In this document: positions 9,191 to 19,006 of the stretch, piece after piece
Position numbering within the stretch: the stretch's first letter is position 1
Layout of the letters: every line of letters begins with the position of its first letter
Assembly (NCBI GenBank): GCA_964471265.1
Contig: CAYYFI010000003.1
Coordinates: 1 to 47,379, forward strand
Length of the DNA stretch: 47,379 bases
DNA from: an uncultured Actinomycetes bacterium
GTDB lineage: Bacteria; Actinomycetota; Actinomycetes; Nanopelagicales; Nanopelagicaceae
Reading direction: 5' to 3'
Program-made: the position numbers and the translations under genes
Notes under the pieces: generated by a model
The model's database searches: none
What the model was told of the DNA's origin: nothing
The model's input: the letters and a program-made list of their open reading frames with translations, nothing else

Positions 9191-9822
9191 ATCTTAGGAA
9201 CACGCAAATTCTTTGGCATGGGTCCTTTAGGAATCGGCATATTAAAACCACCGACTGCCTTTAGGCGATTTCGTACTTCACGCATTTGAGTATTTGACAG
9301 TTCCTTTGGAAGTTTCTTCATAGTCCGTTGCAATTTATTAATAGCCACGCGACCTTCGCCATCGCCAACAATCAAAGTAGTTACCGGTACTCCTGGCACA
9401 AAACGTTCTACTTTTTTAGCTTCATCTGCCAACATTGCGCGAACTCCATTTGAACCTTCGCCAACTAAAACAACTCCGGCGCGACCTACTGCACGATGCA
9501 CCATGTCTTGTTGCTTATTTACTGCAACCATTGGAGTAGTCGTAAATCCGCGTCGAATCGCCATCATTACAGATGCACCGGCGCCCATTACACCTTCAAT
9601 TGATGCATACGCAGCACGATTTGCCACAAAACTAAAGAAGAACATGGCTGCAAGCAGTGCAAAAGGCACCGTGATAAAAGCAGCATAAAACGGATGGCCA
9701 TTTAGTGAACCGACTAAAACACCGATTGAAGTTACGGCCAAAAATATAAAGGCCATGGCAGCGCCAATCCAAGGCTTCTCCTGCTTGGTAACTTTATAAG
9801 CTTCGCGAATCTGTTTAAACAT
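9187..9822 (-). CDS. DUF4191-type membrane protein (Rv2219-like)
   Basis: N-terminal FKQIREAYKVTKQEKPW followed by two TM segments and a soluble C-terminus. Conserved position between glnA and lipA in Actinobacteria. Confidence 0.7.
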   Translation of the reverse strand: MFKQIREAYKVTKQEKPWIGAAMAFIFLAVTSIGVLVGSLNGHPFYAAFITVPFALLAAMFFFSFVANRAAYASIEGVMGAGASVMMAIRRGFTTTPMVAVNKQQDMVHRAVGRAGVVLVGEGSNGVRAMLADEAKKVERFVPGVPVTTLIVGDGEGRVAINKLQRTMKKLPKELSNTQMREVRNRLKAVGGFNMPIPKGPMPKNLRVPKI

Positions 9823-9824
9823 AG

Positions 9825-10526
9825 TTATGAGTTTAATGGTGCTGGTGCGGTGCCACCAAGTCGTTGCGGCGCCCAGCGCTCACCGACATGGCTATCTGGG
9901 TATTGATCCTGCAATTTATGAAGCATCTCAATCATTTTCTTGCGCAATAAAGTTTCCGCCTCTTCCAAGTTTGCATCTTTGGAAAATCTCAGAGGCTCTC
10001 CATAAACAATATGTACTGGAATTGATTTACGGCGAAAATCTTTCGGCAACCCTTTAGTCCAAATTCGTTGTGAACCCCATATAACTACTGGAATTACCGG
10101 AACCCCTGCACCCATTGCTAATCGAACTGCGCCAGATTTCATACCTTTTATTTCGAAAGATGTACTAATTGTGGCCTCTGGAAAAATTCCGACAATCTCT
10201 CCGTCACGTAGTGCGCGAAGCGCGGTTACAAAAGATGCACCGCCATTTTCGCGATCAACGGAGATATGTTTCATTCCGCGAAGAAGCGGTCCTGCAATCT
10301 TGTTATCGAAAGCACCTTTCTTCGCCATGAATCGGATATATCTTTTTAAATGCAAAGCGCCAGTTCCAATTAATGCAAAATCAAGATAGCTGATGTGGTT
10401 ACTTGCTAAAACCGCACCACCTTTACGCGGTAAATTTTCTTGACCTGCAAATTTAAATTGAATATCTAAGCCTTTCCAAAGCGCTCGAAATAATCCAATT
10501 ACTGGCGGATAAACCAATTCAGCCAC
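9825..10526 (-). CDS. 1-acyl-sn-glycerol-3-phosphate acyltransferase (PlsC family)
   Basis: HX4D motif NHISYLD, plus FPEATIS and PVIPV blocks. GTG 10526 overlaps the lipA stop by 8 nt. The ORF-track start at 10589 would overlap lipA by 71 nt. Confidence 0.8.
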   Translation of the reverse strand: MAELVYPPVIGLFRALWKGLDIQFKFAGQENLPRKGGAVLASNHISYLDFALIGTGALHLKRYIRFMAKKGAFDNKIAGPLLRGMKHISVDRENGGASFVTALRALRDGEIVGIFPEATISTSFEIKGMKSGAVRLAMGAGVPVIPVVIWGSQRIWTKGLPKDFRRKSIPVHIVYGEPLRFSKDANLEEAETLLRKKMIEMLHKLQDQYPDSHVGERWAPQRLGGTAPAPLNS

Positions 10527-11454
10527 GTGCTGCCATCGCCTCTTTATATAAACGGCCCGCACGATAACTTGAACGAACAAGTGGACCACTCATAACTCCG
10601 GCAAAGCCAATTGCCTTTGCTTCATCCGCTAATTCCACAAATTCATTTGGCTTAACCCAACGAGCAATTGGATGGTGCATTGGAGTAGGGCGGAGGTATT
10701 GAGTGATTGTGATGATGTTACATCCTGCATTGTGTAAATCTTTAAGTGCTTGCGAGATTTCAGATCGCTCTTCACCCATACCTAAAATTAAATTTGACTT
10801 AGTGATAAGTCCAAAATTACGAGCCTGAGTAATCACATTTAATGAAAGGTCGTATCTGAAAGCTGGTCTAATGCGCTTAAAGATACGTGGCACAGTTTCT
10901 AAATTGTGTGCAAACACTTCAGGTCTAGATTCGAAAACTTGATTTAGCAGCTCGGGTTTTCCGCTGAAATCTGGTGCCAACATCTCTACACCAGTTCCAG
11001 GATTCAATTCATGAACTTTGCGAATTGTTTCGGCGTATAGCCAAGCGCCTTCATCTTCCAAGTCATCACGAGTTACACCGGTGATAGTGGCATAACGCAA
11101 TTGCATAGTTTTTACTGATTCAGCTACTCGACGCGGCTCATCTCTATCAAGCGGCAAAGGTTTACCCGTATCAATATTGCAGAAGTCGCAACGGCGAGTA
11201 CAACGATCTCCGCCAATTAAAAATGTGGCTTCGCGATCTTCCCAACATTCAAAAATATTTGGACAAGCAGCTTCTTGGCAGACTGTGTGTAGACCTTCAT
11301 TAACAACGAGCGAGCGAAGTTGTGTGTACTCCGGACCCATCTTTGCGCGAGTTTTAATCCATTCAGGTTTACGTTCGATTGGAGTTTCGGCATTACGCGC
11401 TTCAATGCGAAGTAACTTGCGACCGTCTGGCGCTACCTGAGAACTATTGCTCAT
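10519..11454 (-). CDS. lipA: Lipoyl synthase
   Basis: Cys clusters [12 protein letters not shown] and radical-SAM CTRRCDFC; 311 aa. Confidence 0.97.
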   Translation of the reverse strand: MSNSSQVAPDGRKLLRIEARNAETPIERKPEWIKTRAKMGPEYTQLRSLVVNEGLHTVCQEAACPNIFECWEDREATFLIGGDRCTRRCDFCNIDTGKPLPLDRDEPRRVAESVKTMQLRYATITGVTRDDLEDEGAWLYAETIRKVHELNPGTGVEMLAPDFSGKPELLNQVFESRPEVFAHNLETVPRIFKRIRPAFRYDLSLNVITQARNFGLITKSNLILGMGEERSEISQALKDLHNAGCNIITITQYLRPTPMHHPIARWVKPNEFVELADEAKAIGFAGVMSGPLVRSSYRAGRLYKEAMAARG

Positions 11455-12104
11455 GCTTCTAGTTTACTGACTCGTGCAAGAGCTATCACCATATGCTTTT
11501 CAAGCACAGGCGTGACTTCAGCGATTGAAATTGTGCGATTTAACTCTTTTTGCATACTTGTGGTTTCTGCATCAGGCATTCCACAAGGGATGATTGCATT
11601 GAACTTACTCAAATCTGGGCATACATTTAAAGCAAAACCATGCATAGTTACACCCTTAGCAACTCGCACCCCAATAGCAGAAATTTTACGTTCACCTTTT
11701 TCATCATTTATCCAAACACCAGTTTTGCCTGCAATTGATATTCCATTGATATCAAATTCTGCGAGAGTTGCAATTAAAGCCGCTTCTAAATTTCTTACAA
11801 AGCCGACGACTTCATTTCGCTTTTCCAGACGGACAATCGGATATCCAACAATTTGACCTGGGCCATGCCAAGTAATTCTTCCGCCGCGATCAACATCTAT
11901 AACCGGAGTTCCATCTTGAGGTCTTTCCAAAATATCAGTTCTGCGTCCTGCGGTATAAACAGAAGGATGTTCAATCAGTATCAAGGTATTGGAATTTGAG
12001 CCATCGGCAACTTTTTGGTGAAGTTCTCGTTGTAGCTGCCAAGATTTCTCATAATCAAGCAGCCCGCAATGGATTACCTCTATATCTGATACCGCAACAG
12101 GCAC
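11451..12104 (-). CDS. lipB: Lipoyl(octanoyl) transferase
   Basis: [12 protein letters not shown] and PCGM motifs; 4-nt overlap with lipA; GTG start. Confidence 0.95.
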   Translation of the reverse strand: MPVAVSDIEVIHCGLLDYEKSWQLQRELHQKVADGSNSNTLILIEHPSVYTAGRRTDILERPQDGTPVIDVDRGGRITWHGPGQIVGYPIVRLEKRNEVVGFVRNLEAALIATLAEFDINGISIAGKTGVWINDEKGERKISAIGVRVAKGVTMHGFALNVCPDLSKFNAIIPCGMPDAETTSMQKELNRTISIAEVTPVLEKHMVIALARVSKLEA

Positions 12105-12154
12105 TAGACCATTCTATTGGCTAGACTGCGCAAGGAAAATTTAGGGAGAGATCA

Positions 12155-14278
12155 ATGCGCGTACGCGGACGTAAACCACTTTGGATTGCAATCATTGTAG
12201 TTATTGCTTGGCTGGGAATTTCTGGCGCTGCCGGACCTATGTTTGGCAAGCTATCAACGGTTCAGAAGAATGATAATTCTGACTTTCTACCTAAGAATGC
12301 TGAGTCTTACAAATTCACTGAAAAATATAAAGCTTTTTCCGACGGCTCTGATCGTGCAATTCCAGCTCTAGTGCTTTTCACTGGTGAAATTGATCCACAA
12401 AAAATTGCAGCAGCCAATACCTTTTTGCAGTCATTGCCGGCTAAAACTCTTGAGGGCCATGCCGACAAAACAATTGGCGATTATTTAATTACTGGCGCGC
12501 CGATATTTGCATTCCCATCTCAAGATGGCAAAGCACTTCTAGGTTCACTTTCTTTTGATTCTAAAAATATTGCCAATCAAATTGGCAAGGAACCTGCGTT
12601 ACCAATAGTTATTGATTCAATCCGCACTTATGCAGATGAATTTGCTAAGAGTGGTGGCTATGAAGCGCATGTAACCGGCTTTGCGGCAATTTTTGCCGAT
12701 CTATTCAAAGCTTTCGGTGGCATTGATTCGACTCTGCTTCTTGCTACATTAGGAATTGTTGCGCTTATCCTGATCGTGGTTTATCGATCTCCAGTGCTGT
12801 GGATCTTTCCCTTATTTAGCGCGTTGATCGCAGAATCTATGGCTGGTGCCGTGATTTATGTTTTGGCAAAAAACGACATCATTACAGTTGACGGTCAATC
12901 ACAGGGAATTCTTTCGGTGCTTGTTATCGGAGCTGCCACTGACTATGCACTATTACTTATAGCTAGGTACCGAGAAGAGTTACACAAACATGATTCACGA
13001 TTTGAATCAATGGGGATTGCACTACGCGGAGTAGTAGAACCAATTATCGCGTCAGGATCCACGGTGACACTTGGACTTCTAGTTTTACTCCTTTGCGAAT
13101 TAAAGAACACTCGTTCTTTAGGACCGGTCGGAGCGATTGGCATCATCTCAGCAATGTTTGTAATTCTGACTTTGCTACCAGCGCTATTAGTTATTTTTGG
13201 TCGTTGGATTTTCTGGCCGCGCATTCCACGCCATGATGATGTTGATGAAAAATTAACTGGTTTCTGGTCAAAGGTCGCCAACGCCACCGCTAACAGTCCT
13301 AAGAAATTTGCAGTGATTACCTCAGTTATTTTGCTTGCCATGGTTGCGCTAGTACCAACCTTAAAGGCGGATGGAATCTCAACATTAGATGGCTTTACTA
13401 AGAAACCTAAATCATTGATAGGTCAAGAGTTGTTACTCCAGCATTTCCCAGGCGGACAAAACCAACCTACTCAGATAATTGTGAAGAAAGAAAAAGCTGA
13501 AGAAGTAATTGCAGCGCTTAAGAATATTTCTGGTGTGGCATCTGTGGTTCCAGAAATTAAGAATCCAGCTAATCCAGTTCCAATGATTGTTAATGGCGAA
13601 ATAGTGCTAGACGCAACTTTGACGGCACCAGCTGACTCAAGTGAAGCACGTGCACTTGTGCCGCAGATTAGAGCAGCAGTTCAAGCAATTGATCCGAATG
13701 CGGTAACGGGCGGAACCAGTGCCACCTTCCATGATGTTGATGTGGCTTCTCGACATGATAGTAATTTAGTAATTCCTATAGTTCTGGTGATCATCGCAAT
13801 AATTCTGGCCCTTCTGCTTAGAAGCGTGGTGGCATCAATTGTGCTTTTGGTTACTGTGATTCTCTCCTTTGCAGCCACATTAGGTGCATCTGCATTTGTA
13901 TTCAATAACATTTTCAAATTCCCAGGAGCTGACACTTCTTTCCCATTATTTACATTTGTGTTTTTAGTAGCGCTTGGAATTGATTACAACATCTTCTTGA
14001 TGACTCGAGTTCGCGAAGAAGCGCTAAAGATCGGAACCAGAGCCGGAACCATTAAGGGCGTAACTGTTACCGGTGGCGTTATCACTTCGGCCGGTATCGT
14101 ACTTGCCGCAACATTTACAGTATTAGGTGTATTACCTTTAGTTGCGTTAGCTGAAATTGCTTTTGCGGTTGCTTTCGGCGTATTGCTAGATACGCTCGTA
14201 GTTCGCTCGCTCTTGGTGCCAGCGCTGGTACATATTTTAGGTAAGCGTGTTTGGTGGCCAGCCAAACTGGAGGATTAA
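12155..14278 (+). CDS. MMPL-family (RND superfamily) membrane transporter
   Basis: 707 aa with two 6-TM bundles, each followed or preceded by an extracytoplasmic domain. Typical MMPL blocks GxxTDYALLLIARYREEL and GIDYNIFLMTRVREE. SD GGGAGAG upstream. Confidence 0.9.
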   Translation: MRVRGRKPLWIAIIVVIAWLGISGAAGPMFGKLSTVQKNDNSDFLPKNAESYKFTEKYKAFSDGSDRAIPALVLFTGEIDPQKIAAANTFLQSLPAKTLEGHADKTIGDYLITGAPIFAFPSQDGKALLGSLSFDSKNIANQIGKEPALPIVIDSIRTYADEFAKSGGYEAHVTGFAAIFADLFKAFGGIDSTLLLATLGIVALILIVVYRSPVLWIFPLFSALIAESMAGAVIYVLAKNDIITVDGQSQGILSVLVIGAATDYALLLIARYREELHKHDSRFESMGIALRGVVEPIIASGSTVTLGLLVLLLCELKNTRSLGPVGAIGIISAMFVILTLLPALLVIFGRWIFWPRIPRHDDVDEKLTGFWSKVANATANSPKKFAVITSVILLAMVALVPTLKADGISTLDGFTKKPKSLIGQELLLQHFPGGQNQPTQIIVKKEKAEEVIAALKNISGVASVVPEIKNPANPVPMIVNGEIVLDATLTAPADSSEARALVPQIRAAVQAIDPNAVTGGTSATFHDVDVASRHDSNLVIPIVLVIIAIILALLLRSVVASIVLLVTVILSFAATLGASAFVFNNIFKFPGADTSFPLFTFVFLVALGIDYNIFLMTRVREEALKIGTRAGTIKGVTVTGGVITSAGIVLAATFTVLGVLPLVALAEIAFAVAFGVLLDTLVVRSLLVPALVHILGKRVWWPAKLED

Positions 14279-15270
14279 TGCGAGTCGGCATTTTTGGTTA
14301 TGGTTTAGCGGCAAAGGTATTTCATGCTCCCATAGCCAAACTTGCCGGATTCGAAATTGCGGCAATTCAAACAAGCAACCCGACTCGTATTGATGAGGCA
14401 AAATCAGATTTTCCAGATGCAGTTATCTGTTCTAGTGCCGACGAATTACTATCAAATAATTTAGATCTAGCGATTGTTGCTTCGATTAACACCGCACATG
14501 AAGCCAATGCCAAAGCTGCAATCGATGCGGGAATTCCAGTAGTTGTAGATAAACCAATGGCTCCTTCATTGGCCGGAACCAGAGAACTCTTTAATTACGC
14601 AGAAAGTAAGAGCGTACCTATCACAGTATTCTTTAATCGACTCTGGGATAGCGATACTTTAACTATCAAAAATTTGTTGGCAAATAATTCTGAATTGATT
14701 GGAAAACCACATCGCTTCGATGGTCGATTTGAAAGATTCCGTCCAGATCTAAATGCACAATCTTGGCGCGAGCAATTAAGGCATCAACATGGTGGGGGAT
14801 TATTGCTAGATTTACAGAGCCATTTAATTTCAACGGCTATTGATTGTTTTGGACCAGCTAAGCTGAAATATGCAAATGTAAATTCAGTTCGAGGTGCATC
14901 AGATGATGATGTGTTATTAGTTCTCGAACACGATAGCGGTGTAGTTTCTTCACTGGCAGCAAGTGCAATATCGGGAGCACCCGGACCACGCATCAGACTC
15001 CTGGGAGATAAGGGAGCGCTGGTAATTAACGAACTCGATCCACAAGAGAATTTACTTCGTGCGGGTGATTATCAAAGTGGAGACCGTCGCTCAAAAGCAT
15101 TCATTCATCAGGGTGAAACGATCACAGAAATTGAAGCGGTACCTGGTGATTATGTTATGTTTTATAAACAAATGCATCGCTTCTTAAATGGGCAAGCAGA
15201 TTTACCTGTATCTAAAGTTTTAGCTCTTCAAGTTGCGGAAATTATCGAACAAGCACGAGCAATGGCATGA
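14278..15270 (+). CDS. Gfo/Idh/MocA family oxidoreductase
   Basis: N-terminal Rossmann MRVGIFGYGLAAKVFH and an EKP-like VVDKPMA motif. ATG 14278 overlaps the MMPL stop (TAATG) and follows GGAGGA. The ORF-track start at 14251 lies inside the MMPL gene. Confidence 0.85.
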   Translation: MRVGIFGYGLAAKVFHAPIAKLAGFEIAAIQTSNPTRIDEAKSDFPDAVICSSADELLSNNLDLAIVASINTAHEANAKAAIDAGIPVVVDKPMAPSLAGTRELFNYAESKSVPITVFFNRLWDSDTLTIKNLLANNSELIGKPHRFDGRFERFRPDLNAQSWREQLRHQHGGGLLLDLQSHLISTAIDCFGPAKLKYANVNSVRGASDDDVLLVLEHDSGVVSSLAASAISGAPGPRIRLLGDKGALVINELDPQENLLRAGDYQSGDRRSKAFIHQGETITEIEAVPGDYVMFYKQMHRFLNGQADLPVSKVLALQVAEIIEQARAMA

Positions 15271-16427
15271 CTACGGTTGTAGTCGGTTCAGGTTTAGCTG
15301 GTTTAAACGCCGCAATAACTTTGCAGACAGCCGGTCGTGAAGTAATTCTGCTAGAAGGGGCCGATCGTGCAGGTGGAAGAGTTGCCACAGATGTGGTTGA
15401 TGGATTTCTTTTAGATCGTGGTTTCCAATTAATTAATGCAAATTATCCTGAGTTGCAACGATTAGCTGTAATTGAGGAATTAGATTTCGTTTATTCACCA
15501 CGAGCAGTATCTGTAAATATAGAGGGAAAAAATACTTTTTTAGGAGATCCGCGTAAACATTTATCTAGCGCTTTTAATGCAAGCACTGGATCTATAAAAG
15601 AGAAATTAGGTTTAGTTAGCTATTTAACCAAATCTCCAAAGTCTGGAGTTTCCGTCGCGAGCCAACTTCAAGGATTAGGAAGAACCTACGATCGGGTGCT
15701 CCGCCCTTTTTTAACTGGCGTTTTCTTATGTGATCCGTCAGAAGTAGAAGCATCAGTCGGTAAAGAACTGATTAATTCCTTTGTAACAGGTGCACCAGGC
15801 TTACCGGCAAATGGTGCAGGTGCGTTAGCAACAGCTCTTGCAAGGCGAGTAAAAGATTTACGCCTAGAGGTACAAGTTGAAGCAATTAAAGATGGTTATT
15901 TAAAAAGTAACCAAGGCAAAATCAATTTTGAATCATTAATTATCGCCACCGATGCAAATACAGCTGCACAGCTACTTGGAATCGAAGAGGTAGCACCGGT
16001 AGTTGGCTGCACTACTTGGTATCACGTACCGGATGCTTCGCCTTCTGATTCTTCATATTTGTTACTTGATGGATTGCAAGCAGGGCCAGTGGTAAATTCA
16101 TTAGTAATAAGTAATTTGATGAATAACTATTCGCCCATTGGACGACATTTAGTATCAACCACTACCATTCAAAGAGCTTCGGAATCCGAAGTTAGACGCC
16201 ATCTTTCGGCGATGTGGGGAACTTCAACTCAACATTGGGAATTATTAGCTAAATATGAAATTCCAGCGGCGCTTCCATTAGCTAAGGTAGGAAAACGCTT
16301 ACCTAACAATGTTCGAATCGAAAAGAATATTTTCGTAGCAGGAGATTGGCGCGAATCTCCATCACAAAATGGCGCGCTTAAATCGGGTAGACGAGCAGCT
16401 GAAACTTTAATTAGCCAACGCATCTAG
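15267..16427 (+). CDS. NAD(P)/FAD-dependent oxidoreductase (amine-oxidase/phytoene-desaturase-like fold)
   Basis: Dinucleotide-binding VVVGSGLAGLNAAITLQTAGREVILLEGADRAGGR and a C-terminal FVAGDW...NGALKSG FAD motif. ATGA overlap with the upstream gene. Confidence 0.75.
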   Translation: MTTVVVGSGLAGLNAAITLQTAGREVILLEGADRAGGRVATDVVDGFLLDRGFQLINANYPELQRLAVIEELDFVYSPRAVSVNIEGKNTFLGDPRKHLSSAFNASTGSIKEKLGLVSYLTKSPKSGVSVASQLQGLGRTYDRVLRPFLTGVFLCDPSEVEASVGKELINSFVTGAPGLPANGAGALATALARRVKDLRLEVQVEAIKDGYLKSNQGKINFESLIIATDANTAAQLLGIEEVAPVVGCTTWYHVPDASPSDSSYLLLDGLQAGPVVNSLVISNLMNNYSPIGRHLVSTTTIQRASESEVRRHLSAMWGTSTQHWELLAKYEIPAALPLAKVGKRLPNNVRIEKNIFVAGDWRESPSQNGALKSGRRAAETLISQRI

Positions 16428-17288
16428 TGCTGGGCCAATATGCGGAAAATCAAAATTGAAACCCGCATCTTGCAGAGCTGCTGGCAGTACTTTTTTAGAG
16501 CCTAAAATCTCAGTGCTAAATCCACCTAAAGCCGCTTTCAGTGCAAATGCGGGAGCAGGAAAAAGCGCCGGACGTCGTAGTGCTCTAGCCAGAGCGGAAG
16601 TAAATTCTTGATTTGTAACTGGATTAGGTGAAGTTAAATTAACTGGTCCAGAGATTTCATTATTTTCTAAAATAAATTCAATGGCTCGCAAGTGATCATG
16701 CAAAGTTATCCACGACCACCATTGTTTTCCACTTCCTAATTTGCCACCAAGGCCAAATCTAAAAAGTGGCAACATTCGTCCAAGTGCACCGCCGGTTGGA
16801 TCTAAAACTAGCCCGGTACGAATCTTTACCGTACGGACATCACCGGCAAGATCAGCGGCAGCTTCCCATTCACGGCAGACGGCAGCAAGAAAATCATCGC
16901 CACCACGATCAGATTCAATTACGGCACGATTTCCAGTTTCGCCGTACCAGCCAATTGCAGAAGATGAGATAAAAACTTTCGGTTTAACTTGTGCAACTGC
17001 ATTTGCAATCGTGGTGGTACCTAAAAGTCGAGAATTTAAAATCTCGGATTTGTATTTCTTAGTCCATCGTTTATCGCCAACACCTGCGCCAGCTAAGTGA
17101 ATTACGGCATCCACGCCCGCAAGCGCATCTAAATCAATCTCTTGCGTTATTGGATTCCAAAAGATCTCTTCCGAAGAAACTGTTGGACGTCTAACTAAGC
17201 GCTGAACGGTGTACCCATCGCTTTTTAATTTGCCGACTAAAGCGGTGCCAATGAGTCCGGATGCACCGGTAATTGCAATACGCTGCAT
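16407..17288 (-). CDS. TIGR01777-type NAD-dependent epimerase/dehydratase family protein (Rv2216-like, DUF1731 C-terminus)
   Basis: ITGASGLIGTAL Rossmann motif; 293 aa; conserved position beside sucB/dlaT. Confidence 0.85.
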   Translation of the reverse strand: MQRIAITGASGLIGTALVGKLKSDGYTVQRLVRRPTVSSEEIFWNPITQEIDLDALAGVDAVIHLAGAGVGDKRWTKKYKSEILNSRLLGTTTIANAVAQVKPKVFISSSAIGWYGETGNRAVIESDRGGDDFLAAVCREWEAAADLAGDVRTVKIRTGLVLDPTGGALGRMLPLFRFGLGGKLGSGKQWWSWITLHDHLRAIEFILENNEISGPVNLTSPNPVTNQEFTSALARALRRPALFPAPAFALKAALGGFSTEILGSKKVLPAALQDAGFNFDFPHIGPALDALAN

Positions 17289-17295
17289 ATTTGAG

Positions 17296-18957
17296 TTATA
17301 GACCTAACTCAGCTTCGAAGTTTCCTGATTCTAAGCGGTCTTTTAGAGTAACTAAGAAACGGGCGGCATCTGCGCCATCCACGATTCGATGGTCATAAGA
17401 AAGTGCTAAATAAACCATGGAACGAATCGCAATAGTTTCGCCTCCGTCAGCACCTTTGACCACCATCGGACGCTTCACAACTGATCCAAGGCCCAAAATT
17501 GCAACCTGAGGTTGATTAATAATTGGCGTATCGAATAACGCACCACGTGAACCGGTATTGGTTAATGTAAATGTACCGCCACCTAATTCATCTGGAGTTA
17601 CTTTGTTATCGCGTGTACGTGCTGCTAGATCTGCAATCTTTCTGGCAATGCCGCCCATATTTAAATCACCGGCATTATGAATTACCGGAACTAATAAGCC
17701 GCGTTCAGTATCAACGGCAACACCCAAATGTTCCGCACCGTGATAGACAATATTTTCGCCATCAATTGATGCATTAACAACTGGATGTTGTTTCAATGCT
17801 TCACAAACTGCTACTGCAAAGAATGGCAAGAATGAAAGTTTGACACCTTCTCGTGCTTCAAAATTCGCCTTTGCTTTATCGCGTAAACGAGCAATCTTTG
17901 TAACATCAACTTCTACAACTGTAGTTAGTTGTGCAGAAACTTGTAGTGACTCCACCATGCGCGCTGCAATAACTTTGCGCAAACGTGACATCGGAACTGT
18001 GGTTCCGCGAAGAGGTGAAGTAGCAACTGGGGCTTTTGGTGTTACTGGAGCAGAAGTTGTTGGAGTAGAAGTTGCAACCGGCGCCGCAACTGCAGGGCGA
18101 GCAAGAGCTTCGACATCTTCTTTACGAATTCTTCCGCCAACACCTGTTCCTTTAACAGTTGCAAGATTTACTCCAAGTTCATTAGCAAGCTTTCGCACAA
18201 TTGGAGTTACATAAGCATCAGATGGTTGAGCTGCAACAGGTGCGGAAACAACTGGTGCTGGTGCTGCCACAACTGGTGCTGCCACAACTGGAGTTGCAAC
18301 TACTGAAGCAGCTGCAACTGGTGCAGGGGTAGGAGCTGCAGGTGCTGGTGTTGAAGCAGGAGCTCCACTGCCACCAATAACTGCTAAACGCGCACCTACT
18401 GCGACAGTGGTATCTGCCGGAACTTCAATTGCGGTAATAACACCTGAAACTGGCGATGGAATTTCTGTATCAACTTTATCTGTAGAAACTTCTAGCAGCG
18501 CTTCATCAACTGCGACGTTATCGCCAACGTTCTTTAACCAACGAGTTACAGTTCCTTCGGTAACTGATTCGCCAAGCGCGGGCATTGTGACAACGGTTCC
18601 TGAACCATTTACAACTGGTGCGGCAACTGGTGCTGCTACTGGTGCGGCAACTGGTGCTGCTACTGGTGCAGGAGTTTCTACAACCGGCGCAGCAGCTGGA
18701 GCTGGTGCACTAGCTGCACCATCTGCGCTAATAATTGCAAGTTCAGTTCCGACTGCAACTGTTTGATCTGGACCTACGACAATTTTTTGCAAGATACCTG
18801 CTGCAGGTGAAGGAATTTCTGTATCAACTTTGTCAGTCGATACCTCTAAAAGTGGTTCGTCAACTGCTACAACGTCGCCTTCATTCTTTAGCCAACGTGT
18901 AACTGTTCCTTCTGTAACTGATTCGCCAAGTGCTGGCATTGTTACTGAAAATGACAT
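17296..18957 (-). CDS. sucB: Dihydrolipoamide acyl(succinyl)transferase E2 with two lipoyl domains
   Basis: Two copies of [19 protein letters not shown]...[14 protein letters not shown] (lipoyl-Lys in TDK), Ala/Pro/Val linkers, a PSBD ([16 protein letters not shown]), and a catalytic DHRxxDG motif ([10 protein letters not shown]). Confidence 0.94.
   Translation of the reverse strand: MSFSVTMPALGESVTEGTVTRWLKNEGDVVAVDEPLLEVSTDKVDTEIPSPAAGILQKIVVGPDQTVAVGTELAIISADGAASAPAPAAAPVVETPAPVAAPVAAPVAAPVAAPVVNGSGTVVTMPALGESVTEGTVTRWLKNVGDNVAVDEALLEVSTDKVDTEIPSPVSGVITAIEVPADTTVAVGARLAVIGGSGAPASTPAPAAPTPAPVAAASVVATPVVAAPVVAAPAPVVSAPVAAQPSDAYVTPIVRKLANELGVNLATVKGTGVGGRIRKEDVEALARPAVAAPVATSTPTTSAPVTPKAPVATSPLRGTTVPMSRLRKVIAARMVESLQVSAQLTTVVEVDVTKIARLRDKAKANFEAREGVKLSFLPFFAVAVCEALKQHPVVNASIDGENIVYHGAEHLGVAVDTERGLLVPVIHNAGDLNMGGIARKIADLAARTRDNKVTPDELGGGTFTLTNTGSRGALFDTPIINQPQVAILGLGSVVKRPMVVKGADGGETIAIRSMVYLALSYDHRIVDGADAARFLVTLKDRLESGNFEAELGL
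18614..18669. repeat. Tandem 12/24-nt repeat inside sucB encoding the (PVAA)n inter-domain linker
   Basis: ACTGGTGCGGCA ACTGGTGCTGCT ACTGGTGCGGCA ACTGGTGCTGCT ACTGGTGCA read directly; this encodes [19 protein letters not shown] on the minus strand. Confidence 0.9.
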
Positions 18958-19006
18958 CTAACCGTTTCCTTTGTTTAGTTCTTGCTACTTAAGAATTATC
19001 CTGTAT

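Noticed and set aside
12104-12126. A direct repeat CTAGAC...CTAGAC (12104-12109 and 12121-12126) in the lipB/MMPL divergent spacer.
   Set aside because: A 6-bp repeat is expected by chance, and one copy overlaps the lipB start codon. There is no supporting symmetry.
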